Source of the DNA: an uncultured Acidimicrobiaceae bacterium | GTDB lineage: Bacteria; Actinomycetota; Acidimicrobiia; Acidimicrobiales; RAAP-2 | Reading direction: 5' to 3' | Assembly: GCA_963755495.1 (NCBI GenBank) | Contig: CAVWJS010000012.1 | Span: forward strand, 262,423 to 326,422 | Length of the DNA stretch: 64,000 nucleotides | Shown here: positions 9,125 to 17,338 of the stretch, piece after piece | How the letters are laid out: each line of letters starts with the position of its first letter | Numbering within the stretch: position 1 is the first letter of the stretch | Translations under genes and position numbers: made by a program | The notes under the pieces: generated by a model | What the model was told of the DNA's origin: nothing | The model's input: only the letters and a program-made list of their open reading frames with translations | The model's database searches: none

Positions 9125-9405
9125 GCGAGGACACGGGCAACGGCGCCGGCCTCGGGGATCCCGGCGCAGAAGACGACGGTCTCGAGAACGGCTTCGATGA
9201 CGAGATGATCGAGGAGTTCGACGACGAACTCGACCAGGACGACGAAGTGAACGACGAACTCGACGAGGAAGGCGAGCTCCTTTCCGTAGATGATGCGGCG
9301 CGCTCGCTTCTCGGCCGGTCGAAGGCGCCCCGTCAGCCCCGTGCCCCTCGTCGCGGCGGAGAGGTCCAGGAGCACGGGCGCGCTACGACGTCTCTATCGC
9401 GGTGA
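9121..9405 (+). CDS. highly acidic 94-codon ORF, probably the frame-separated N-terminal extension of SecF
   Basis: The ATG at 9121 overlaps the secD stop (ATGA). The ORF reads DDEMIEEFDDELDQDDEVNDELDEEGELL with G/C-rich third codon positions. It ends inside the secF frame, and one missing base near 9376-9385 would join ...EVQEHGRA to LRRLYRGETRFDF. Confidence 0.4.
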   Translation: MSEDTGNGAGLGDPGAEDDGLENGFDDEMIEEFDDELDQDDEVNDELDEEGELLSVDDAARSLLGRSKAPRQPRAPRRGGEVQEHGRATTSLSR

Positions 9406-10579
9406 GACCAGGTTCGACTTCGTCGGGCGGCGACGGGTGTGGTTCTCGCTGTCGTCGGCCATCATCGTGGCCGGTATCATCTCGCTCATCTTGCGTGGCG
9501 GCCTGAACCTGGGCATCGAGTTCAAGGGCGGCACCGAGTGGACCGTGAAGGCTCCCCACGTCACACAGACGCAGGCGGTCAACGCCATGCAATCGGCCGG
9601 ACTGGTCGATCCCATCGTGCAGCTTCTCGGGCAAGGATCAAATCAACAGCTGAACGTGCAGGCCGATCTCAACAAGCTTCCTGCGCAGGAGCGGTCGACC
9701 GAGACGACCAAGGTCGAGGAAGCATTGGCCAAGCTCACGAATACCTCGTTGGACAACGTGCAGAACGGCGTGCAGACCGTCGGCCCGACATGGGGCTCCT
9801 CCATCACCAACAAGGCCATCGAGGCCCTCATCATCTTCTTCATCGTGGTGGGCCTCTACATCAGCATCAGGTTCGAGCCGAAAATGGCCATTTCCGCCTT
9901 CATTGCCATGCTGCACGACGTGATCGTGGCGGTCGGCATCTATTCGCTTTTCAATTTCCAGGTCACGCCGGACACCGTGGTCGCCATCCTGACCATTCTC
10001 GGCTACTCCCTCTACGACACCGTTGTTGTCTTCGACCGCGTGCGCGACAACACGAAGAACATCGGTGCGCACGGGACCATGACCTACGGCCAGCTCATCA
10101 ATCTCTCTATGAACCAGACGCTGGCCCGCTCCATCAACACTTCAGCCGTGGCCATCATCCCGGTCCTCGCCGTGTTGCTCATCGGGGCCGAGCTGCTGGG
10201 AGCATCCACCCTGCAGGAGTACGGGCTGGCGCTTTTTGTCGGACTGCTGAGCGGGGCCTACTCCTCGATCTTCATTGCCTCGCCGATCCTCTTCATGCTC
10301 AAGCAGGGCGAGTCCCGGTGGATCGCCATCGAGAAACGACTGGCCTCGAGGGGGGAGCGAGCCGGTTCCTTCTCGGCAGCCGACGCTGCCGCCCTTGCCA
10401 CCCAGATCAGCATCGCCGCGGGTGGGCAGCCCCACAGTGCTGGTCCGGCCAAGCGCACGGGACCGATTCGGCCCGGGTCGGGCGCGGGCACGGCCGTGTT
10501 GGACCGCCCGGCGCAAAACGGTGGCGCCACGCGGCAACCTCCCCGCCCCCGCAAGGGAAGGAAGAAGCGCAAACGCTGA
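9290..10579 (+). CDS. secF: protein translocase subunit SecF (core; true start uncertain)
   Basis: ORF 9290..10579. It shows LYRGETRFDFVGRRRVWF, GIEFKGGTEW and the TM bundle ...ILGYSLYDTVVVFDRVRDN.... Alternative in-frame starts are GTG 9341, or 9121 via a frameshift. Confidence 0.85.
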   Translation: MMRRARFSAGRRRPVSPVPLVAAERSRSTGALRRLYRGETRFDFVGRRRVWFSLSSAIIVAGIISLILRGGLNLGIEFKGGTEWTVKAPHVTQTQAVNAMQSAGLVDPIVQLLGQGSNQQLNVQADLNKLPAQERSTETTKVEEALAKLTNTSLDNVQNGVQTVGPTWGSSITNKAIEALIIFFIVVGLYISIRFEPKMAISAFIAMLHDVIVAVGIYSLFNFQVTPDTVVAILTILGYSLYDTVVVFDRVRDNTKNIGAHGTMTYGQLINLSMNQTLARSINTSAVAIIPVLAVLLIGAELLGASTLQEYGLALFVGLLSGAYSSIFIASPILFMLKQGESRWIAIEKRLASRGERAGSFSAADAAALATQISIAAGGQPHSAGPAKRTGPIRPGSGAGTAVLDRPAQNGGATRQPPRPRKGRKKRKR

Positions 10580-10642
10580 GTGGACCGTCTGCGAGCGCCC
10601 CAACGTGCAGGGGTCGGACGTCCGAACGGGTAGCGTAGAGGG

Positions 10643-12865
10643 ATGGTGACCCTGGCTGGGGTGACTCCCGTCACAGATGATGGGGAGCGCGCGTTCGAGG
10701 ACATGATCGCACCGCTTCTGGGCGAGTTCTCCCGTCACCGCCCCGATGACGACACCACGGCCATCGTGGCTGCCGGCCGGGCCGCTCTCTCTGCTCACGA
10801 CGGGCAGTTCCGCCGGTCCGGGGAGCCGTACATAACGCACCCGATCGCGGTGGCCACCATTGTGGCCGAGCTCGGCCTCGACGCGCAGACCGTCGCGGCC
10901 GCCCTCCTGCACGATGCGGTGGAGGACACCGGTCTCACCCTCGACTCCATTACCGAGGCCTTCGGTCCCGGGGTGGCCAAGGTGGTCGACGGGGTCACCA
11001 AGCTGGACCGTCTGCAGTTCGACTCGAAGGAGGCACAGCAGGCTGCCACTATCCGCAAGATGCTCGTCGCCATGGCCGACGATTGGCGCGTGTTGCTGAT
11101 CAAGTTGGCTGACCGTCTGCACAATATGCGGACCCTCGCCGTGATGCCCGAGTGGAAGCAGCGCCGCACGGCACAGGAGACATTCGACGTCTATGCGCCG
11201 CTCGCGCACCGGCTCGGCGTGCAGCAGGTCCGGTGGCAGCTCGAAGACCTGGCCTTCGCCACCTTGCACCCGAAGCGCTACGCCGAGATCGAGCAGATGG
11301 TGGCGGCTCGGGCACCCCAGCGCGAGGAGTATCTCGCCCGGGTCCTCATCCACGTGCGGGATCGGCTCGAAAGCATGGGCGTAGAGGCCGACGTCACGGG
11401 GCGGCCCAAGCACCTCTGGAGCATCTACGAGAAGATGGTTGTCAGGGGCAAGGAGTTCGACGACATCAACGATCTCGTCGCCATCCGTGTCGTGGTGGCG
11501 AGCGAGAAGGACTGTTGGGCCGCGTTAGGGGCGATCCACGCCATATGGGCCCCGGTCCAGGGACGCTTCAAGGATTACATCAACACGCCCAAGTTCAACA
11601 TGTACCAGTCCTTGCACACCACGGTGATCGGCCTTGACGGCAACCCGGTCGAGGTCCAGATCCGCACGACGGCGATGCACCACCGAGCCGAGTATGGGAT
11701 CGCGGCGCACTGGGGCTACAAGGAGAAGGAGGACGCGTCCTCCGACATGGCGTGGCTGCAGCGGATCGCCGACGTGGACCGCCAGACCGACGACCCGATC
11801 GAGTTCCTCGAGGCTCTCAAGCTCGACCTCGAGCAGGACGAGGTCTACGTCTTCACGCCCAAGGGCAAGGTCATCGCGCTACCGGCCCGTTCGACCCCGG
11901 TCGACTTCGCCTACGTGATCCACACCGAAGTGGGTCACCGCTGTATCGGAGCGCGGGTCAACGGCCGGCTGGTCCCGCTCGAAACGCAACTGAACTCTGC
12001 TGATACCGTCGAGATCTTCACCTCGAAGTCGCCCACGGCAGGACCGTCGCGCGACTGGTTGCAAATGGTGGCCTCGACGAGGGCGCGGCACAAGATCCGC
12101 CAATGGTTCAGCCGCGAACGCCGTGAGGACGCCATCGAGAACGGGCGGGAGGAGCTGGCCCGGGCCCTGCGCCGAGATGGCCTTCCCTTGCACAAGCTCT
12201 TGGGCTCGGCCGCCATGCTCGAGGTGGCGGAGTCGATGCACCTGGCCGACCTCGACGCGCTGTATGCCGCCATTGGCGAGTCACAGGTCTCCGCCCAGTC
12301 CATCGTCCAACGGCTGGCGCGCGCCCTGCGGGGCGGGGAGAACGAGCAGCTTCCGACCACGGCGCTGCGCGGTGTCCGCGGGCCCCGTGAGGGACGTCGG
12401 ACCTCCGCCGGCGTCTACGTCGAGGGACTCGACGACATCATGATCCACCTTGCCCGCTGCTGTACGCCGGTGCCGGGTGACCAGATCATCGGCTTCGTCA
12501 CCCAGGGGCGAGGGGTCTCGGTGCACCGAGCCGACTGCGCCAACGCGGCCTCGCTGGCCGACCTCTCGAAGGAGCGCCTGATCGAGGTCGAGTGGGACCG
12601 GGGCAACGACGGCGTCTTCGTCGCGACCATCGAGGTGCTGGCCTTCGACCGTTCTCGACTGCTGGCCGACGTCAGCCGGGTCGTCTCCGAGCACCATCTC
12701 AACATCGTTGCTGCTCGCACCGCCACCACGCCGGACCGGGTGAGCCGGATGGCTTTCGACGTGGAGCTGGCCGACCCCACCCACCTGCACTCTCTCATCA
12801 CGGCGCTCAAGCACCTCGACGGGGTCTTCGACGCCTATCGTCAGCTCCCGGGTAAGAAGGTCTGA
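10643..12865 (+). CDS. relA: bifunctional (p)ppGpp synthetase/hydrolase, RelA/SpoT family
   Basis: ORF 10643..12865 (740 aa). The HD hydrolase domain shows HPIAVATIVAELGLD...LLHDAVEDT. The synthetase domain shows RPKHLWSIYEKM...DLVAIRVV...YQSLHTTV. TGS and C-terminal ACT-like regions are present. Confidence 0.93.
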   Translation: MVTLAGVTPVTDDGERAFEDMIAPLLGEFSRHRPDDDTTAIVAAGRAALSAHDGQFRRSGEPYITHPIAVATIVAELGLDAQTVAAALLHDAVEDTGLTLDSITEAFGPGVAKVVDGVTKLDRLQFDSKEAQQAATIRKMLVAMADDWRVLLIKLADRLHNMRTLAVMPEWKQRRTAQETFDVYAPLAHRLGVQQVRWQLEDLAFATLHPKRYAEIEQMVAARAPQREEYLARVLIHVRDRLESMGVEADVTGRPKHLWSIYEKMVVRGKEFDDINDLVAIRVVVASEKDCWAALGAIHAIWAPVQGRFKDYINTPKFNMYQSLHTTVIGLDGNPVEVQIRTTAMHHRAEYGIAAHWGYKEKEDASSDMAWLQRIADVDRQTDDPIEFLEALKLDLEQDEVYVFTPKGKVIALPARSTPVDFAYVIHTEVGHRCIGARVNGRLVPLETQLNSADTVEIFTSKSPTAGPSRDWLQMVASTRARHKIRQWFSRERREDAIENGREELARALRRDGLPLHKLLGSAAMLEVAESMHLADLDALYAAIGESQVSAQSIVQRLARALRGGENEQLPTTALRGVRGPREGRRTSAGVYVEGLDDIMIHLARCCTPVPGDQIIGFVTQGRGVSVHRADCANAASLADLSKERLIEVEWDRGNDGVFVATIEVLAFDRSRLLADVSRVVSEHHLNIVAARTATTPDRVSRMAFDVELADPTHLHSLITALKHLDGVFDAYRQLPGKKV

Positions 12866-12945
12866 TCATGGGTGGGAGCAGATGAGCCTAGGTTCTAACG
12901 CGCCTCGAGGACGCGCCCGAAGGGCCGATCCGTACGCCGAAGGGG

Positions 12946-14229
12946 ATGCACGACATCCTCTGGCCCGAGTCGACACGTTGGGAAGCCCTGGTCGCACGCT
13001 TCGCCTCTCTGGTCGAGAGCGCCGGTTACGGGCTGGCCATCACGCCAATCCTCGAGCACGTAGGTATCTTCCACCGTGGCATCGGCGAGGGGAGCGACGT
13101 CGTCGGCAAGGAGATGTACACGTTCGCCGATCGCGACGGGCAGGTCATGGCGCTGCGGCCCGAGGGCACGGCGTCCATCGTGCGCGCCTATGTACAGCAC
13201 CACCCTGTTCCGCCCTGGAAGGCGTGGTACGTGGCGCCGTCATTCCGCCACGAGAACCCCCAGCACGGCCGCTACCGCCAACACTTCCAGCTGGGGGTTG
13301 AGGCCCTCGGGCCTTCGGACGCCGATCTGGACGTCGAGGTCATCACGCTCGCTTTCGAATTCCTGGCCGGCCTCGGTCTGCACCAGGTGACGCTGAAGCT
13401 GCACTCCATGGGGGATGGCACCTGTCGCCCAGGCTATGTGGAGTTGCTCCGGGGCTTTCTGGCCGAGCGCCGGTCCCAGCTCTGTCTGCCGCACCAAGCC
13501 CGCTTCGACCAGAACCCGCTGCGCGTTCTCGACTGCAAGACGCCCGAATGCGAGGACGCGACGGAGGGCGCGCCGCGGTTCGTCGACAACCTGTGTGAGC
13601 CCTGCACCGCGCACTTCGCCCGCGTGCGAGCCGGTCTCGACGCGCTCGATGTCCCGTACACCATCGATCATCGTCTCGTGCGCGGCTTCGACTACTACAC
13701 CCGGACCACCTTCGAGTTCGCCTCGGGCGCCATTGATGCGGCCCAGAACGCGCTCGGGGGCGGTGGTCGTTACAACGGACTGGTGGAGATGCTGGGAGGC
13801 CCCTCGACGCCGGGCATCGGGTTCGGTCTCGGTGTCGAGCGCATTCTCATCGGCTGCGATGCCGAAGGCGTGTACGACACCGAGCCGCCTCCCCTGCACG
13901 CCTACGTGATCGACCTCACCGGCGGCGAATCGGCCGTGCTGTTGACGGCTGAGCTCCGCCGGGCCGGGTTCCGTGTCGACCGCGGTTTCGACGACCGCTC
14001 CATGAAGTCACAGATCAAGTCCGCCGACCGCTCTGGGGCCTTGGTGGCCGTGGTGGTCGGCTCCAAGGAACTGGAAGAGGGCACGCTCAGTCTGCGCCCG
14101 CTTCGAAGCGAAGAAGGGCAACTCACCGTGCTGCGGGCCGACATCGTCAACGAGTTGCGCGCGCTCGTGTCCTCGCCTCACGTCCATGATGCACTGCCGA
14201 ACGACAAAGGAACTCGCTCGACTCCATGA
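12946..14229 (+). CDS. hisS: histidine--tRNA ligase (5' end probably extends upstream, see findings)
   Basis: ORF 12946..14229. Class II motifs are KEMYTFADRDGQVMALRPEGTAS, FRHENPQHGRYRQHFQLGVE and GGGGRY. The conserved ...RTPKG residues are encoded in frame just upstream of the ATG. Confidence 0.9.
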   Translation: MHDILWPESTRWEALVARFASLVESAGYGLAITPILEHVGIFHRGIGEGSDVVGKEMYTFADRDGQVMALRPEGTASIVRAYVQHHPVPPWKAWYVAPSFRHENPQHGRYRQHFQLGVEALGPSDADLDVEVITLAFEFLAGLGLHQVTLKLHSMGDGTCRPGYVELLRGFLAERRSQLCLPHQARFDQNPLRVLDCKTPECEDATEGAPRFVDNLCEPCTAHFARVRAGLDALDVPYTIDHRLVRGFDYYTRTTFEFASGAIDAAQNALGGGGRYNGLVEMLGGPSTPGIGFGLGVERILIGCDAEGVYDTEPPPLHAYVIDLTGGESAVLLTAELRRAGFRVDRGFDDRSMKSQIKSADRSGALVAVVVGSKELEEGTLSLRPLRSEEGQLTVLRADIVNELRALVSSPHVHDALPNDKGTRSTP

Positions 14230-16034
14230 ATGATCACATCGCTTCCCTCGGGTCCGTCGAGAATCGGCCCACTGCGCTGCGTACGCATCTCTGCGGGATA
14301 CTTCGTGCCGGCGACGAGGGCTCCCGGGTGCGGGTGTGCGGATGGGTCGGGCGCCGCCGTGAGCATGGTGAGCATCTGGCCTTCATCGACCTACGCGACC
14401 ACACGGGGGTGATCCAGTGCGTGATCGATACGAAGGTCGACGTGCGCAGTGAGTGGGTGATTGCCATTGAAGGCACGGTGCGACCCCGGCCGCCGGGAAC
14501 CGTCAATCCTGCCCTGGACACCGGGGAGGTCGAAATCGGTGATTGCACCGTGGTGGTGCTCAACGAGGCCGAGCCGCCACCGTTCTCCGTCGACGATCGG
14601 GACGAATCCGACGAGCAGGTACGTCTGCGCTACCGCTACATCGACCTGCGCCGCCCTCGCATGCAGCGCAACTTGCGCCTACGGGCGAGGGTCAATGCCG
14701 CCATCCGCGCCGCCATGGACCGCCAGGGTTTCTGCGAGGTCGAGACGCCACTCTTGTGGGCGCCCACCCCGGAAGGTTCACGGGAGTTCTCGGTGCCCAG
14801 TCGCCTCCACCACGGCTCCTTCTACGCATTGCCGCAGAGCCCGCAATTGGCCAAGCAGCTCCTGATGGTCGGTGGCTTCGACCGTTACTACCAGATCGCC
14901 CGCTGCCTGCGCGATGAGGACCTGCGGGCCGATCGGCAATTCGAATTCTCCCAGCTCGACATGGAGGCTTCCTTCGCCACGCAGGATGACGTGATGGCAT
15001 ACGTTTCCGAGGCCGTCCTCGATGCCGCCGAAGCGGCGACGGGCGAGCGCCCGCCCCCCATCACCCGCATGACGTGGACCGATGCCCTGGAGCGCTTCGG
15101 GACCGACAAGCCAGACCTCCGCTTCGGCATGGAGCTCATCGACTTGGCGGCGGAGTTCGAGAAGACCGAGGTGCGCGCCTTTTCGGGCTCACATCTCAAG
15201 GCGCTCTGCGTCCCCGGAGGTGCGTCGTTCACACGTTCGCGCATCGACGCGCTCGGCGAGCAGGCCAAGCGGGCCGGCGCAGCCGGGTTGGCCTGGTTCC
15301 GGGTTACGGCGGCCGACGACGCCAGCGAGCGCGCCGGCGGGGAAGCGCTGGCGCTCGATTCGCCGCTCAACCGCTTCTTGTCCGACACCGAGCGGACGAC
15401 CTTGTTGGAGAAGACCGAGGCGTCAGAAGGAGATCTCATCCTCGCCGTCTCGGACACCCACCGGGTCGCGTGTACCACCTTGGGCGCGCTGCGGGTCGCA
15501 CTCGGCTCGCCGCCAGTCGGCCAGGGTCCGCACCGATATGTGTGGGTCGTCGACTTTCCCATGTTCGATGGCGTCGATGCTGCGGGGAACCCTCAGCCGG
15601 CCCATCACCCGTTCACCATGCCGTATGAAGACGACTTGCCCTTGCTCGACACCGTTCCCTTTGCCGTGCGCTCGCAGGCCTACGACCTGGTTCTCAACGG
15701 TTGGGAAATGGGATCGGGCAGCGTGCGTATCCATCGCCGGGACATCCAGTCCCGGATCTTCGACACGCTCGGCATCTCCACCGAGGAGGCGGAGTCCCGG
15801 TTCGGATTCCTGCTCAGTGCGTTCCGCTACGGGGCGCCCCCCCATGCCGGTTTCGCATTCGGCATCGACCGCCTCACCGCCGTGCTGGCGGGGGAAGAGA
15901 ACATCCGAGAGGTGATCGCCTACCCCAAGACGCAGTCGGGGGCCGACCTCCTCACCGGTGCCCCGAGCGCGCTGCCCGCCTCCGCTCTGGCCGAGCTCGG
16001 GATCCGTACGGTCACCCCACCCGCGTCGACTTGA
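14226..16034 (+). CDS. aspS: aspartate--tRNA ligase
   Basis: ORF 14226..16034 (602 aa). It shows FIDLRDHTGVIQ, QSPQLAKQLLMV, FEFSQLDME, GSGSVRIH and GAPPHAGFAFGIDRL. Its ATGA start overlaps the hisS stop. Confidence 0.93.
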   Translation: MNDHIASLGSVENRPTALRTHLCGILRAGDEGSRVRVCGWVGRRREHGEHLAFIDLRDHTGVIQCVIDTKVDVRSEWVIAIEGTVRPRPPGTVNPALDTGEVEIGDCTVVVLNEAEPPPFSVDDRDESDEQVRLRYRYIDLRRPRMQRNLRLRARVNAAIRAAMDRQGFCEVETPLLWAPTPEGSREFSVPSRLHHGSFYALPQSPQLAKQLLMVGGFDRYYQIARCLRDEDLRADRQFEFSQLDMEASFATQDDVMAYVSEAVLDAAEAATGERPPPITRMTWTDALERFGTDKPDLRFGMELIDLAAEFEKTEVRAFSGSHLKALCVPGGASFTRSRIDALGEQAKRAGAAGLAWFRVTAADDASERAGGEALALDSPLNRFLSDTERTTLLEKTEASEGDLILAVSDTHRVACTTLGALRVALGSPPVGQGPHRYVWVVDFPMFDGVDAAGNPQPAHHPFTMPYEDDLPLLDTVPFAVRSQAYDLVLNGWEMGSGSVRIHRRDIQSRIFDTLGISTEEAESRFGFLLSAFRYGAPPHAGFAFGIDRLTAVLAGEENIREVIAYPKTQSGADLLTGAPSALPASALAELGIRTVTPPAST

Positions 16035-17338
16035 GCCTGTTCGCCGACGCCGCCCACCGCAATTTGGAACGGCAGGCACCGCTGGCCGCACGCTTGCGGC
16101 CGCGCACGCTGGACGAGATGGTGGGTCAGGAGCATCTGGTCGCCCCCGGCGCACCTCTGCGCACGCTGGCCGAAAGTGACCGCGTGGGGTCGGCCATCCT
16201 GTGGGGTCCGGCCGGCACCGGCAAGACCACGCTGGCCCGCCTGCTGGCCGCCACGACCGCGAAGCATCTCGTCACGCTGTCGGCCACCGCGGCGGGGGTC
16301 AAGGATGTGCGGGAGGCCCTGACCGAGGCCGAGCGCCGGCTGGGGGAGCACGGGCAGAGCACCATGCTCTTCGTCGACGAGGTCCACCGCTTCAACAAGT
16401 CGCAGCAGGACGTGTTACTGCCGGCGGTCGAAGATGGGCTCGTCGTCCTCATCGGCGCCACCACTGAGAACCCTTTCTTCGAGGTGAATCCGCCGTTGCT
16501 GAGCCGGTCCTCGTTGTGGAGATTGCGCCCGCTCAGCCCCGAGAACCTGCGCACGCTCATTGCGCGCGGCCTGGTGGCCGAGGAGGCGTCGGCTACTGAC
16601 GACGCCATCGACGCTGTTGTGGCTGCGTGCGAGGGAGACGCCCGGGCGGCCCTGACCACTATCGAGGTGGCGGTGGCCCTGGCACGAGCGACTGCCGCCA
16701 GCTCTGGCGCCTCGGCCGGCGGCCAGCCAGGGCAGCTCGTGCTGACCATGGACGACATGGCCCGGGCTCGGGACGGGCGGCTTTTCCATCAGGGCGCAGA
16801 CGAGCATTACGACCAAATCAGCGCTCTCATCAAGAGCGTCCGCGGTTCGGATCCAGACGCCGGACTCTACTGGATGGCCCGGATGATCGAGGGTGGCGAA
16901 GACCCGCGTTTCTTGGCGCGGCGACTGGTGATCTTGGCCAGTGAGGACGTCGGCCTGGCCGATCCGCAAGCTCTCCTTATCGCTGAGGCTGCGGCGCGGG
17001 CAGTGGAGTACGTCGGCCTGCCCGAGGCTTCGCTCAACTTGGCCGAGGCGGTGGTCTACCTGGCCCGCGCCCCGAAGTCGAACTCGGTGACCGTGGCGCT
17101 GGGCCGCGCCCAGGAGGATGTGCGCTCCGGAGCGCAACAGGAGGTTCCCACCCACCTGCGCGACAGCCATTACAAAGGCGCGGCCTCGCTCGGCCATGGT
17201 GCGGGGTACGCCTACCCGCACGATGACCCCACGGGAGTGGTGGCACAGCAGTATCGTCCAGAGGCGCTCGAGGGACACGTGTACTACGAGCCGTCCCCCC
17301 ACGGGGCCGAAGGGCGGGGTGACCCGGACCACGAATGA
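16031..17338 (+). CDS. rarA: replication-associated recombination protein A (RarA/MgsA AAA+ ATPase)
   Basis: This is the tail of ORF 15701..17338, from TTG 16031, which overlaps the aspS stop. It reads LSLFADAAHRNLERQAPLAARLRPRTLDEMVGQEHL, with Walker A GPAGTGKTTLA and FVDEVHRFNKSQQD. Confidence 0.88.
   Translation: MSLFADAAHRNLERQAPLAARLRPRTLDEMVGQEHLVAPGAPLRTLAESDRVGSAILWGPAGTGKTTLARLLAATTAKHLVTLSATAAGVKDVREALTEAERRLGEHGQSTMLFVDEVHRFNKSQQDVLLPAVEDGLVVLIGATTENPFFEVNPPLLSRSSLWRLRPLSPENLRTLIARGLVAEEASATDDAIDAVVAACEGDARAALTTIEVAVALARATAASSGASAGGQPGQLVLTMDDMARARDGRLFHQGADEHYDQISALIKSVRGSDPDAGLYWMARMIEGGEDPRFLARRLVILASEDVGLADPQALLIAEAAARAVEYVGLPEASLNLAEAVVYLARAPKSNSVTVALGRAQEDVRSGAQQEVPTHLRDSHYKGAASLGHGAGYAYPHDDPTGVVAQQYRPEALEGHVYYEPSPHGAEGRGDPDHE

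Noticed and set aside
10614-10625. The perfect 12-bp palindrome TCGGACGTCCGA, 18 nt upstream of the relA start.
   Set aside because: It is short, GC-rich and unique in the window, so it is compatible with chance. It has no flanking promoter-like elements that I could support.
10142-11413. Long antisense or alternative-frame ORFs: this one, plus 20220..21452, 24040..25107, 29893..31404, 34151..35527, 44228..45442, 50840..52054 and 55763..56917.
   Set aside because: Each overlaps a gene with strong family motifs on the other strand or frame (secF/relA, alaS, aroE, ppk1, the AI-2E transporter, hisD, trpE, trpB). All have Arg/Pro/Gly/His-rich low-complexity translations.
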